Virus record (IMG/VR): IMGVR_UViG_3300020203_000420
Reading direction: 5' to 3' (one strand)
DNA from: an uncultured virus (IMG/VR IMGVR_UViG_3300020203_000420)
Lineage: Duplodnaviria > Heunggongvirae > Uroviricota > Caudoviricetes
Length of the DNA: 64,000 nt
Positions 40,643 through 51,026 of this stretch are shown one piece after another (the first letter of the stretch is position 1; every line of letters starts with the position of its first letter). The notes beneath the pieces are model-generated. The model saw nothing but the letters and a program-made list of their open reading frames with translations. It had not been told where the DNA came from and searched no databases. The translations under genes were made by a program, and so were the position numbers.

Positions 40643-40935
40643 AGCCCGAAAATTACTGTAGATTTACTGGAGTACTATCAGGACTCCAGATTACTGAAGC
40701 TCCAGACAAGTCTTGGATTCTTGGAAAAGGATCTCTGTGGTTACGAGATAAGAAGGTCATTACTGCTGGCCAAACAATAAAGTTTTCAGCGTGGGGAAAT
40801 CAAGTAGAACGACTAGCTGATTTAAGAGAGGGGTCCTGTATAACAATTATTTGCAGTTACTCTCTAGACAAGTCTAAAGATAAATACTATCCTAACTTTA
40901 CGTTAGACTCTTTTACTAGAAGAGATGATAATTAA
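40636..40935 (+). CDS. Possible OB-fold single-stranded DNA-binding protein
   Basis: N...FTG.L, FSAWGNQVERL..LREGS.I.I resembles SSB. Confidence 0.55.
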   Translation: MVEPENYCRFTGVLSGLQITEAPDKSWILGKGSLWLRDKKVITAGQTIKFSAWGNQVERLADLREGSCITIICSYSLDKSKDKYYPNFTLDSFTRRDDN

Positions 40936-41754
40936 ATGAATCGTAACAAAGCTTTCAAAGTATTAGGTTTAAATCCTACTTCTTCAGATGAAGAGGTTAA
41001 GAAGGCCTATCGGGATTTAGCTAAGAAATATCATCCTGATAAAAATCAAGGAGATAAAGAGGCAGAAGAGAAGTTTAAAGAGCTTCAGTCTGCCAATAGC
41101 TTTTTAACTAAACCTAAGACCAAAAACACATCGGAAGACTTCTTCAATGCTACTGATGAGTTCATGACTAATATGGAGTCCTACTTTAGACATTACGTTA
41201 AGCAACCTCCCAAGCCAGCTCCTCCACAAAAAGCCCCCTCACCCTCGGAAAGAGTTATTGACTTCGGCCCTCTAAACCTAGGAACTATAAGAGCAGGACT
41301 AAAAGAGTTATGGTTCGGAGATCCAATTAAATTAACTTATACCATAAAATCAGCATGTATCGCTTGCTTAACAGATAAGCAGTCTTGGGTACCTTGCGAT
41401 GTGTGTGCTCAAACCGGAGTTTTAGTTAAAAATATGTCAGGTCCTGGAATTACCAGAACCTTTACATCAGAGTGTTCTATATGCAACGGAAAAGGGTGGA
41501 ATAGAAAACACCACTGTAAGGTGTGTAAAGATCAAGTATTTATTTTAGAAACAAAAACATTAGATGTCGTTGTTCCAAAAAACGTCAATCAGAATAACAG
41601 GATTCGAATACATGGACAGGGAAATTCCAACTGGAATGCTCACCCCTCTGATCTGTATTTTGATTTATTCTTAGATATACCCATCAACGTTGATATGTTA
41701 TCTCAGGAAGATAAAGGCCTGTTACGCCCCCTCATTGATAAGATATCTAAGTAG
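40936..41754 (+). CDS. dnaJ: DnaJ-like co-chaperone
   Basis: J-domain with HPD; four CxxC (CIAC, CDVC, CSIC, CKVC); IRIHGQGN. Confidence 0.92.
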   Translation: MNRNKAFKVLGLNPTSSDEEVKKAYRDLAKKYHPDKNQGDKEAEEKFKELQSANSFLTKPKTKNTSEDFFNATDEFMTNMESYFRHYVKQPPKPAPPQKAPSPSERVIDFGPLNLGTIRAGLKELWFGDPIKLTYTIKSACIACLTDKQSWVPCDVCAQTGVLVKNMSGPGITRTFTSECSICNGKGWNRKHHCKVCKDQVFILETKTLDVVVPKNVNQNNRIRIHGQGNSNWNAHPSDLYFDLFLDIPINVDMLSQEDKGLLRPLIDKISK

Positions 41755-41793
41755 TTAGCCCTGTCTATGGGACATATGTACTTTATAGTATGT

Positions 41794-42267
41794 ATGCGTT
41801 CTTTAGGGTTAGATCTTAGTACGAAGAGTGGAATAGCCCTAATAGACAATGGGAAGCTCGTAGCTTACGAATTATTGAAAGTCCCAACTAAGAAGTATCC
41901 AGATAGAAAGATGCAATTTAAAGCCTTCAGAGAGGGTATAATCAAGGCATATGAGGTTCATAAACCTGACGTTATAGTTTTGGAGGCGGTATACAGCGGT
42001 CCCAATCCAGTAATTACAGCTCTTTTGAACCAATTACGGGGAATAGCAATAGAATGTGCTCCAGAAGGTACAGAGGTTAGGACAATAGTAGCAAGTAAGG
42101 CTAGAAAGTCCATTCTAGGAAAGGGCAATATTAAGAAACCCGAAGTCTTTAAATTAATGGTTAAGAAGTTTAAATTAAAAGATTTTAAATTTTCTTCTCA
42201 TAATGATATGACAGACGCAATGCTTTTAGCCTTATGCGGTCCTATACCTATTGACAACTTAACTTGA
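41794..42267 (+). CDS. ruvC: RuvC-like Holliday junction resolvase
   Basis: LGLDLS, VIVLEA, GKGN.KK, DMTDA; likely start ATG 41794 (ORF track 41767). Confidence 0.9.
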   Translation: MRSLGLDLSTKSGIALIDNGKLVAYELLKVPTKKYPDRKMQFKAFREGIIKAYEVHKPDVIVLEAVYSGPNPVITALLNQLRGIAIECAPEGTEVRTIVASKARKSILGKGNIKKPEVFKLMVKKFKLKDFKFSSHNDMTDAMLLALCGPIPIDNLT

Positions 42268-42312
42268 TAATAATACACTAGGCCTTGAGATTATTAATAA
42301 CTCTGTTATACT
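42251..42312 (+). promoter_or_regulatory. Tandem sigma70-type promoters
   Basis: TTGACA-17nt-TACACT (42251-42279) and TTGAGA-16nt-TATACT with TGn extension (42285-42312), 9 nt before ATG. Confidence 0.6.
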
Positions 42313-42321
42313 TGTTATCAA

Positions 42322-43617
42322 ATGCCCAGACCAAAAAAAATAAAACTACCCAAAGTCGAAGACCTAGTTAAGTACTCAGATGACGAGGTGCTTCCTCCAA
42401 CCCCACCCCCATCAGGGTCTATAGCTCCAAAAAAGTTTGAGTACAAGAGAATCTCAGCTACAATGCTAAAGACTTGGAATAAATGTAAAAGGCAATTTCA
42501 CAAGCAATATGTGGAGGGTATCAAATCATCGGCTAACACTTCCTTTACTTTAGGGACAGCAGTTCACTTTGCACTGGAACAAGCTAACTTGTCCTTACAG
42601 GGCAAGCCTAGACAGTTTAATCCGTTTGAGATAGAAGATTATGTAAAAACCTTTGTGGACATGGCTGCATCTCTTCACGTAATGGAGTTGGGACTTTTTG
42701 AGGTGGGACAAAGAATACTAAGAGACGAACTAGAAAACTGCAATAAAACTGAAAAGATTTTAGGAGTTGAGCAGGAGTTTAATATCTTAACACCAGAGGG
42801 CGTTAGAATTTACGGATTCATGGATTTAATTACAGAAGTAGATAGCACTACTATAAGAGTAGTAGACTATAAAACATCTAACATGCCTTTAACTTATGAG
42901 GATGCAAGAATTGACGAACAGTTAAGCATGTACGATTTAGCTGTTAGATTAATGTATCCTCAATATGAAAAAAGAATTTTAGAACTTAGATATCTAAAAA
43001 GCGGAGAACCAGTCAGATCTTATAGATCTGATATAGAATCTTCTAACTTCAGAAAGGTATTGCTCGGAGTTCACGAAGGTATAATTAAGTATCTTGCAGA
43101 ACTGAAGGACGATTCTCCTCTCCCTAATGGAGATTTGAACTCCTTCTGTAATTGGTGCAGTTATAAACAAAGTTGCCCTCAGTACGTCGAAGCGGTAAAC
43201 ACTCAATTGCCAGATGCGCCTTCAACCTTAGAGTTGACTGATGAAAACTTTATTGAAACCTATGAGCGGGTAAGTTTAATTCTAAAATCTGCTGAGATGT
43301 GGAAGGATTCCCTTAAGATCTTCGCCATTGCTAGGTTAGAGGCTGATCCAGAGACTCCAATATCTTCAGGTAAAAGAGAAGTTTCCATGTCTTCAGGAAG
43401 TAGAAGAGATTATGATCTGGATAAGTTTTTAAAGCTAGGACTTAGTAATGACGTTTTGATGGGTAAGATTACTGGAAAGCCTTTGGTTAAACCTGTAGGA
43501 ACGGCTATAGAGGAATATGCTAAGTCAGTAGGAGATCCTAAACTATCAAAGAAGGTAGATGAGTTAATTTCTATAAAATATAATAGTCCAACTCTGAGAG
43601 TGAGAAATACTAAATAA
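42322..43617 (+). CDS. PD-(D/E)XK exonuclease (RecB/AddB/Cas4-like) with predicted Fe-S cluster
   Basis: ISATML...C, GTAVH, E, GFMDL, VVDYKT, QLSMY, CNWCSYKQSC. Confidence 0.9.
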   Translation: MPRPKKIKLPKVEDLVKYSDDEVLPPTPPPSGSIAPKKFEYKRISATMLKTWNKCKRQFHKQYVEGIKSSANTSFTLGTAVHFALEQANLSLQGKPRQFNPFEIEDYVKTFVDMAASLHVMELGLFEVGQRILRDELENCNKTEKILGVEQEFNILTPEGVRIYGFMDLITEVDSTTIRVVDYKTSNMPLTYEDARIDEQLSMYDLAVRLMYPQYEKRILELRYLKSGEPVRSYRSDIESSNFRKVLLGVHEGIIKYLAELKDDSPLPNGDLNSFCNWCSYKQSCPQYVEAVNTQLPDAPSTLELTDENFIETYERVSLILKSAEMWKDSLKIFAIARLEADPETPISSGKREVSMSSGSRRDYDLDKFLKLGLSNDVLMGKITGKPLVKPVGTAIEEYAKSVGDPKLSKKVDELISIKYNSPTLRVRNTK

Positions 43618-43638
43618 AAAAGGCGGTTTTAATACCAG

Positions 43639-45198
43639 ATGAGTAATAAGAAAAAAAATAGAGATAATAAAAAGTACGTTCAAAAGGCAATACAAGTTAC
43701 AAACCCAGTACTACAGTCCGTATTAGCAGCTACAGGCTCCGGCCCAAAAGAGACCCTAAATATTGCAGTTTGGGGGGCTACTCCGTATGTAATTACGGGA
43801 TTTGGAATAGTAATGAAGGAACTTCTTAAGGGTTTATATAAAACTTTTCCTGGGGTTTACAATATCTTTCAAACAGCTATTAACTTTCATGGAGACTTCT
43901 TTGAGGAGAACGAAATTACTGGAGGACCTCAGAATGGAAGATTTCGTCAGTGGCCAGCCAAGGTTCTATTTCCAAATGGACAGATTAATCTTTACGGACA
44001 AACTAAGTTTTTAGAAATGTTAAAAACTCTTCAAGATGTAGATTTAGATGCCGTATTCCTATTTGAAGATCCTTTTTGTGTGGGGGGCGGAACTCCTGGT
44101 GCTCAACAAGAGGTGGCTTTTTTACAAGCAGTCAAGCAAGAACTAGCGAGACAAGGAAAAGGCATAGTCCCCGTAGTTGCATATTTTCCGATAGATGGAA
44201 TCCCAAAACCTCAATGGATCGATACCATATCCAAATTCGTAGAGATACCTATCACTTACCTACCTTTTGCACATCAATCTTGTGTAAAGGTAAATCCGCA
44301 AATCGGACAAAGATTAAGAGTTATTCCTCACGGAGTTAATACTAAAGACTTTTTTCCCATACCTCAAAACGAGTTAAGGGCATTCAAGCGGGCAATGTTT
44401 GGAGATGCATCTGTTGATAAGTTCATGCTTCTAAACGTAAATAGAAATCAAATTAGAAAACTAATTCCTGCTAACCTAATTGCATTTAAAGAGTTTAAGA
44501 AAATTGTTCCAGACTCTTTTATCTATCTAAATATGCAACCAGTTGATGTCGGTTGGAATTTAATAGAAGTTTGCAACTCCTTAGACCTTAAGATTGGGGT
44601 AGATGTATTTTTTCCACCAGACTTCAACGTTCAAAAAGGACTATCAGTATCAGACTTAAATAAAGTTTTTAATTGCGCTGATGTTCTTACTTCTACGGCA
44701 ACTGGTGGAGGCTGGGAACTATCAGTATCTCAGGCTTTCGCTACAAAGACTTCGGTTCTTATGCCGAACAATACAAGCCATACAGATCTATGTGGAGATC
44801 AATCCGACATACAAAAACAAAGAGGGTTGCTCTATAATTCAGGCTCTAAACTAGCACAGATAACTATATTTCCTGGTGACAATGAAGTTCCAAGACCTCT
44901 TCCAGATTTAGATGATATGGTAAGCAAGTTAGTATTTATGCACCAAAATCCAGCATTTTGTAGAAAGATAGAAGATAATGCTTTTAGTTGGGCTCACTCT
45001 GCTTTAAGTTGGGAAAAGAATATTGTTCCTCAGTTTCATAAGGCATTCTTGGATGCTAAAAGTATAAAGCAGTCTAGATTGAACCAAATACAACAGCAGC
45101 AAGCTCCAGTCGCTGCCCCAGTAGAGGCCCCGAAAACAGGAGCATTGCAGAAAGCTTTAGAGGCATTGAAAGAGAAAGCTCAACCAGATGCAAGTTAA
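43639..45198 (+). CDS. GT4-like glycosyltransferase with variant motif
   Basis: TGFG, YFPIDG, IPHGV, NRNQIRK, ADVL; E-x7-E region reads GGWELSVSQ. Confidence 0.85.
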   Translation: MSNKKKNRDNKKYVQKAIQVTNPVLQSVLAATGSGPKETLNIAVWGATPYVITGFGIVMKELLKGLYKTFPGVYNIFQTAINFHGDFFEENEITGGPQNGRFRQWPAKVLFPNGQINLYGQTKFLEMLKTLQDVDLDAVFLFEDPFCVGGGTPGAQQEVAFLQAVKQELARQGKGIVPVVAYFPIDGIPKPQWIDTISKFVEIPITYLPFAHQSCVKVNPQIGQRLRVIPHGVNTKDFFPIPQNELRAFKRAMFGDASVDKFMLLNVNRNQIRKLIPANLIAFKEFKKIVPDSFIYLNMQPVDVGWNLIEVCNSLDLKIGVDVFFPPDFNVQKGLSVSDLNKVFNCADVLTSTATGGGWELSVSQAFATKTSVLMPNNTSHTDLCGDQSDIQKQRGLLYNSGSKLAQITIFPGDNEVPRPLPDLDDMVSKLVFMHQNPAFCRKIEDNAFSWAHSALSWEKNIVPQFHKAFLDAKSIKQSRLNQIQQQQAPVAAPVEAPKTGALQKALEALKEKAQPDAS

Positions 45199-46084
45199 AC
45201 TAGTTGGTCCTCTATACGACCTATCTGAAAGGGGAGAGCTGACCAGGAGGTTGGCTTTCTTGTTTTTAAGAAACGGGTTTAACTTTAGTATTAAAGTGGT
45301 ACCAGAAATTCAAGCAAAAATAAATGCTGATTTGAATACAGATACCCTTTCGGCTTATATAAATGAATATATAGTTATAGAGGATGTGCTTTTGTTTACA
45401 AGTAGGATAACTAACTTAGATATATTTAATCACTTCTCTATGTTTAATAACCCCAAAGCTTGGTTTCAACTTTCAGATAATGAAAAACCTTTCGGTAAAT
45501 ACTTTGATTTAGTTTTATATGATGCAGTCAACACAGAAAAATCTGAGTTTGCAAACTCTCAACCTTTTAGTTTGTTTTCATTAGACTCTGACACACAGAG
45601 CAAGTCAGAATTACAATTAGACGGTATCCCAAAAAACTCAAAGATAGTTTATTCGATAGTTAATTTTAAGGACAAAGATAGACTTGAGAGTACTATTAAA
45701 ACCTTTTTATCGTACGACTCTACATCAAAGGAAAAATCAGTTTTTATATTAAAAACGCACTCTGACTATTACTCTAAAGAGGAAACTGAAGAACTTTGCA
45801 AAGTTATAGATAGATATAAAACAGAGTTCAATACTTTTGACTCTATTGTATACGTTTTACATAATAACTTACCTAGAAATGCTATTTTAGGATTACATAA
45901 AATGGGAGACATCCTCTTAGAGTTAAGGCCTTTTAAAACTTTTAACCTGATAGATGCCTGGACAGCTTCTACGGCAATATCAGCAGACTTAAATTCAGAA
46001 GCTAAGGTACTTTTAATAGCTAGACAGGCAGAGGATACTGCCGCACAAAATCTAAGGGAAGTTTTAAATGGACTTTCTAAATAA
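45188..46084 (+). CDS. Degenerate glycosyltransferase-like protein
   Basis: VYSIVNF...TIKTFL...VFILKT...LHKMGD resembles GT4 C-terminal domain; lacks E-x7-E. Confidence 0.5.
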   Translation: MQVKLVGPLYDLSERGELTRRLAFLFLRNGFNFSIKVVPEIQAKINADLNTDTLSAYINEYIVIEDVLLFTSRITNLDIFNHFSMFNNPKAWFQLSDNEKPFGKYFDLVLYDAVNTEKSEFANSQPFSLFSLDSDTQSKSELQLDGIPKNSKIVYSIVNFKDKDRLESTIKTFLSYDSTSKEKSVFILKTHSDYYSKEETEELCKVIDRYKTEFNTFDSIVYVLHNNLPRNAILGLHKMGDILLELRPFKTFNLIDAWTASTAISADLNSEAKVLLIARQAEDTAAQNLREVLNGLSK

Positions 46085-46916
46085 CCTAATTCACGGAAAG
46101 AAAGAGTGTAATCTAGTATTATCGGCTGGAGGCATGAGATGCCTTGCCCATATAGGAGCTATACAGGCACTAGAGGAAGAGGGATGGGTGATAAAAAGCA
46201 TTTGCGCTATATCGGGCGGATCTATAGTGGCTGCTTTGTATTCCCATGGGGTCTCTTCAAAAGACCTACAAAGCTTAGCAGAGAATACAGACTTCAACTT
46301 ATTTAAAAAATCCAACTTTCCTAGGTTTAATAGGGGGCTTTTAAGGTTTAATGGATTAGGCAAGTGGGTAATTGATATGTGTAAGATACACGGTAATCCC
46401 AGCAAATCTATTGAGCTTTTTATTGCTGCCTGCTCTTTAACCACAGGAAATAAGATAGTCTTTAATAACCCTACTGACGCTAAGTTAGCCTTAGCGGTTG
46501 AAGCTACCTGTTCCATCCCTCTTATATTTGAGCCCGTCCAGATAGAATCGGAGAGGTACGTGGACGGAGCCCTATGGAGTTCTGCCCCTGTACATTTCTA
46601 CATCGACAGTAAGTTACCTACTATAGTCATAAACGCCCAAAACTCTCACGTTCTACCCTTTACCTTTTTTGATCAACCCTTAAAGGTTCTATACAGGGTT
46701 TTTGAGGTGTTTCAGATTAACAGATTGAAAAGTCTCAAAAAAAGAATAGACAATAAGCCTGTTTACATATTTGAACCTACAGCAGAAAATGTATCAGCTT
46801 TAGCTTTTAAGGCTAGTAAGCTAGTAAAGAAGAAGATAATAGAAAGCTCTAAGTTAGAAATGATAGAGTTTTTAAACCATACGGACGTTCATGGCAAGCG
46901 ATTTTCGATCTTTTAG
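46068..46916 (+). CDS. Patatin-like phospholipase
   Basis: LVLSAGGMRCLAHIG, AISGG nucleophile elbow, ATCSIP.IF.P, YVDGA. Confidence 0.9.
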   Translation: MDFLNNLIHGKKECNLVLSAGGMRCLAHIGAIQALEEEGWVIKSICAISGGSIVAALYSHGVSSKDLQSLAENTDFNLFKKSNFPRFNRGLLRFNGLGKWVIDMCKIHGNPSKSIELFIAACSLTTGNKIVFNNPTDAKLALAVEATCSIPLIFEPVQIESERYVDGALWSSAPVHFYIDSKLPTIVINAQNSHVLPFTFFDQPLKVLYRVFEVFQINRLKSLKKRIDNKPVYIFEPTAENVSALAFKASKLVKKKIIESSKLEMIEFLNHTDVHGKRFSIF

Positions 46917-47115
46917 GTGTCCCTCTTGCTCTACCCTAACTAGCCTCAACCTAAGGACTATTTCTAAGCCTGAGTCTAACACTGTTATATGCAGTAATTG
47001 TAAAAAAGAATTTGTTGGAACTTTGCAATCTAGTTGCTGTTCTGTTACAATTTTATTTGTAGAGCTAAACTCTCAAGGCTGGACTAGAAAATCAATACAA
47101 ACTTTTAAAAAGTAG
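46891..47115 (+). CDS. Small zinc-ribbon protein
   Basis: CPSC and CSNC pairs. Confidence 0.6.
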   Translation: MASDFRSFRCPSCSTLTSLNLRTISKPESNTVICSNCKKEFVGTLQSSCCSVTILFVELNSQGWTRKSIQTFKK

Positions 47116-47116
47116 T

Positions 47117-47380
47117 ATGAATAGAAATATAGAAAGAGCAAAAAAGATTATTAAAACTATATCTACCCTCCTCCAAGAGTTTGAGGGGGCTAAGACCGTT
47201 CCTAATGTAGTTTTTATGACCTCAGAAGACTTTGAGATAGTTAAAGAGTTATTCCCGTACTTGATAGAGGATAATTATTTAACCTATGAGAAGAGAAAAA
47301 TGCAGGTTATATTCACGGCTCAAAAGGCTACCGTGGGGTTAGCATTTTCTTTTCATACTGATTATGTGGAACACTACTAG
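47117..47380 (+). CDS. Hypothetical protein
   Basis: 87-aa ORF within operon. Confidence 0.55.
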   Translation: MNRNIERAKKIIKTISTLLQEFEGAKTVPNVVFMTSEDFEIVKELFPYLIEDNYLTYEKRKMQVIFTAQKATVGLAFSFHTDYVEHY

Positions 47381-47388
47381 ACTAGACT

Positions 47389-48771
47389 ATGAGATCTCAC
47401 AACTTAAGAAATTCTATTCAAATAGCCATTGTTGGGGGCAATGGGTTCTTAGGCCGTGGAGTTATACACAGGCTAAGTTCCTATAAAAATCTTAGAATCT
47501 TCTCGTTAGATAAAAAAACGCATAACCTCTCCATCAATACTAAAGGTTACAAAGCTATCGTACAGCAGATAAACATGGATGTTGCTAATGAGACCGCTAT
47601 AAACTCATTTTTAATGACGCATCCAGTAGATGTTATCTTGTTCATGGCGGGGTACGAAAATCCTACGGACGGTTTAGGCTATACTTATAGAGAAGATACC
47701 AGAGCCCTACTTGCTTTAGAAAATACCTTAGTTGCCATTAACAATATGAACCTGGAGTCCGAGGAACAGAAGCCCTACTTTATGTATATATCTTCTTGGT
47801 CAGTCTACGGTCCAAGCAAGAAGCCAGCACTTGAATCAGCAAAAGAATACCCAGGTAATTATACTGGCATGTTGAGGATTACAGGAGAGGACTTAGTAAA
47901 GAGGATTTGTAATAAGTATGATGCCCCCTGTTGCATAGTGAGACCTACGGAAGTTTATGGAAAAAAACATCATATGGAGTTGGCTGAGGTAAAGTTTTGG
48001 CCAGGATACTTAAGTTACTACACTGATAAGGTCGTTAAAAGGGAAAAAGAGATTACAGTATTCTCTCCAGAGACCGAAGTAGATTTAGTAAATATAAATC
48101 ACTTTACTAAAGTAGTTGTGGACCTTTTAGAGAGGGGGGCAGTAGGGACTTACAACATAGCCTCTGGCTCAAAAACTAAAATTAAAGATTTAGTATCTAA
48201 GATAATAGACGGCTATGGTGGTGACTTTAAGCCTAGTTTAATTTACAAGGATAGCCCTAACATTGAAGATATGAATATCGATAGCAGTAAAACTCTATCC
48301 TTGATTCCTTATGATACTGTTAATTATAACTTAGATAACTTTATTAGGGACAATTTAAAAATAAGAAAGTATGAGATATCAAAACAAATGGCTATAGAGT
48401 CTGTAATGGCTGAACCAGTAATCCTAGACCCAAGCCCATTTGAAGCCCCTGCGAGTTACAGGCAAAGACAGGTAGTAAGAAAGATTAACTATGCGAATAT
48501 AAAGCAAATCGCTGGAGACGAGTTCTTTAAGCTAGGGGTGGGCAATGTAGTTAGAAGAGCTAAAGAACTGGAAACTTTGGAAATTACGTCAGAGGATATA
48601 AAGAATCTAGAGGGTAAGGACAAGATCCCTAAAGAACTACTATCGAGAGTAAAAGACTTAGGAATAACCATTACTCTAGTAGAATCAAAAAAGATTTCAA
48701 TGATAGACCCTAAGACAAAAGCTAAAGTAATAAAAGAGAAAAAACCAAAGAAGAGGAAAACTAAGAAGTAA
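47389..48771 (+). CDS. NAD-dependent epimerase/dehydratase-like (extended SDR) with C-terminal extension
   Basis: GGNGFLG, YISSWSVYG, RPTEVYG, YNIASG; Lys-rich tail. Confidence 0.85.
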   Translation: MRSHNLRNSIQIAIVGGNGFLGRGVIHRLSSYKNLRIFSLDKKTHNLSINTKGYKAIVQQINMDVANETAINSFLMTHPVDVILFMAGYENPTDGLGYTYREDTRALLALENTLVAINNMNLESEEQKPYFMYISSWSVYGPSKKPALESAKEYPGNYTGMLRITGEDLVKRICNKYDAPCCIVRPTEVYGKKHHMELAEVKFWPGYLSYYTDKVVKREKEITVFSPETEVDLVNINHFTKVVVDLLERGAVGTYNIASGSKTKIKDLVSKIIDGYGGDFKPSLIYKDSPNIEDMNIDSSKTLSLIPYDTVNYNLDNFIRDNLKIRKYEISKQMAIESVMAEPVILDPSPFEAPASYRQRQVVRKINYANIKQIAGDEFFKLGVGNVVRRAKELETLEITSEDIKNLEGKDKIPKELLSRVKDLGITITLVESKKISMIDPKTKAKVIKEKKPKKRKTKK

Positions 48772-51018
48772 ATGTTTAAGACCGCTAAATTAGTTAAGGA
48801 TGTGGTGAGTGCTCCCTTAAAGAATGGAGATATTCTACACTTGCCTTGTCCAGTCAGTTACTATTACATTACTACAAATGAAGATGCAGAGATTGCAGCC
48901 AAACATTTATTGCCGATAACTACAGACAAGAAAAAAAGAATAGCAGTCGATATTGAAACTACTGGCTTTGATCCATACATTAATAAGATTCAGTTATTGC
49001 AAATAGGAACAGAAGAAGATGTTCAATACATTTTTGATGGTAGAACTGTAGACCTTAAAATATTAAAAGAAACTCTGGAGGGTGATTGCTGGAAGATAGG
49101 ACATAACTTAAAATTTGATGCCAAATTTATTAAACACCAGTTAGGCGCAAACTTCCACAGACTCTTCGATACTCTCCTAGCCGAGCAAGTGATAAGAGGT
49201 GGTTCTTTTGATGGCGGGGAGAGGTATGGATTAGACGCAGTTTTACTTAGAAGATTGAATATGCAGATGAGAATTGAAGTCTCCAGCATAGTTGCATCTA
49301 ACGAAGATGCCCAATATGATAAGGTAAAGAAGTCTATGCAGATGTCTTTTATCCAAATGGACCCCGCCGAAAGATTTTCTGGGGCTCAGTTAATTTATGC
49401 TGCCTTGGACACTAGCTATCAAACGATATTCAAACTCTCAAGTTGGCAAGAGTCAGAGCTAAAGATATATGGGACTAACACCCTCTCTGATCCTGCAATA
49501 CAAAATATAAACAATAAAGAAGTAAAAGATAACTATCTAAGTATGTTTCCCTCTCAGTTAAGGTTATGGGAAACAGCCTTATTAGAGTTTAAATTTTTAG
49601 AAGTAGTCATTGATATGGAACTGGCAGGGTTTGGTTTCTCTAAAGAAACTCACGCAGATGTTCTAAAAAATATAATGGTAGATTACCTACAGTATAGAAA
49701 GCAGTTTCTAAAACTTCTTGCACCTAAAAGTAAGCAGAAGACTCTGTTCGGGGGCGCGGGGATTAATCCAGACTCTCCAGATCAAGTTCTAAAGTCTTTG
49801 AATGAGTTGGGTCTAGACTTAGAGGATACAAACTCTGATACACTAGATGAAAGACTTAGAAGTTTAGAAGAGGGCACAGAAAACTACTGCATCGTTGATA
49901 GTCTTTTAAGTTATAGAGTTATGTCTAAGCTGATTACGGCATTTGGTGACAAACTATCTGGACATACCCACCCAGTTACTGGAAGAATTCACTTTAGTGT
50001 AAAGCAGATTTTAGATACTGGAAGAATAAGTAATAAAGACCCTAACTTGCAACAAATCCCTAGCAAGATTAAATGGATGTTAACTGGGGAACTCGATCTA
50101 GATCAAGTAATTTCCAAAAGATTTGGAATTAGAGAATGCTTTCAGGCGGCACCAGGAAATAAATTAGTAATAGAGGATTATTCTCAACAGGAACTTAGGG
50201 TTGCGGCATCCATTTCTTTAGATAATAAAATGATTGAAGCTTTTAAGCAGGGAAAAGAGTTACACTCTTACTCTGCTACTCTAATGTATGACGAAGATTA
50301 TGAGTCCTTTCTCACAAGAGTAAAGGCAAAGGACCCAGATGCTATTGAAAAGAGAGGCTACGCTAAAGTAGTATCTTTCGGTGCTCTATACGGATCAGGT
50401 CCACCAAACTTAGCAAAGACCTTGCACATCACGTTCGATAAGGCTAAGGAGATTCTTAGTAAATTCTGGGCAAGTTATCCAGCCCTAGAGAAGGCCATGA
50501 AAAGGTATGGAACTTTAGCTAATAAGGTCGGATACAGTAATACAATTCTAGGCAGAAGAAGGTACTACACTGATTATATTCAAAAGATGAAGTGGGTAAA
50601 TCTAGCTAATGATCCTTATACCATTCAAAAGTATATAGATGACTTGGGTATGAAGTGGTTTACTAAGGAGTACGGTCCAGTAACTTATGATAACTTAGAC
50701 TTTGCCAAGAAAGGTATTATAAGGAAGTTCTCAGGAGATATATCTCGTCAGGCGGCGAATCACCACATTCAAGGAGCCGCAGCAGACGCTACTAAGTTAG
50801 CCTCTGTCTGGATAAGAAAAGACTTTATTGATACAAAATTAAATGCTAAGATAGTCTGTCTAGTACATGATGAAATTATCTCTGAGTGTAGGGAAGATGA
50901 GGTTCCAGAAGTGACCGCTATCATGAAGACTAGAATGAAAGAGGCATTACTCTACTTCTGCCCGAACGTACCGGCAGAGGTGGACGGACATTCGAGCTTC
51001 CATTGGAAGAAAGGATAG
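48772..51018 (+). CDS. polA: Family A DNA polymerase with 3'-5' exonuclease, no 5' nuclease
   Basis: DIETTG, GHNLKFD, YAALD; TGRIS, PNLQQIP, motif A DYSQQELR, motif B R..AKVVSFGALYG, motif C VHDE. Confidence 0.97.
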   Translation: MFKTAKLVKDVVSAPLKNGDILHLPCPVSYYYITTNEDAEIAAKHLLPITTDKKKRIAVDIETTGFDPYINKIQLLQIGTEEDVQYIFDGRTVDLKILKETLEGDCWKIGHNLKFDAKFIKHQLGANFHRLFDTLLAEQVIRGGSFDGGERYGLDAVLLRRLNMQMRIEVSSIVASNEDAQYDKVKKSMQMSFIQMDPAERFSGAQLIYAALDTSYQTIFKLSSWQESELKIYGTNTLSDPAIQNINNKEVKDNYLSMFPSQLRLWETALLEFKFLEVVIDMELAGFGFSKETHADVLKNIMVDYLQYRKQFLKLLAPKSKQKTLFGGAGINPDSPDQVLKSLNELGLDLEDTNSDTLDERLRSLEEGTENYCIVDSLLSYRVMSKLITAFGDKLSGHTHPVTGRIHFSVKQILDTGRISNKDPNLQQIPSKIKWMLTGELDLDQVISKRFGIRECFQAAPGNKLVIEDYSQQELRVAASISLDNKMIEAFKQGKELHSYSATLMYDEDYESFLTRVKAKDPDAIEKRGYAKVVSFGALYGSGPPNLAKTLHITFDKAKEILSKFWASYPALEKAMKRYGTLANKVGYSNTILGRRRYYTDYIQKMKWVNLANDPYTIQKYIDDLGMKWFTKEYGPVTYDNLDFAKKGIIRKFSGDISRQAANHHIQGAAADATKLASVWIRKDFIDTKLNAKIVCLVHDEIISECREDEVPEVTAIMKTRMKEALLYFCPNVPAEVDGHSSFHWKKG

Positions 51019-51026
51019 TCGTTCTG

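Noticed and set aside
42322..43617. Cas4 / CRISPR-Cas system
   Set aside because: No repeat-spacer array or other cas genes; context fits a phage recombination exonuclease
46068..46916. CBASS CapV effector
   Set aside because: No CD-NTase or cap genes nearby; only a generic patatin call is supported
50551..50775. Intein in DNA polymerase (about 40 extra aa between GRRR and N..IQG)
   Set aside because: Too short and lacks N-terminal Cys/Ser and C-terminal His-Asn splice motifs; treated as an ordinary insertion
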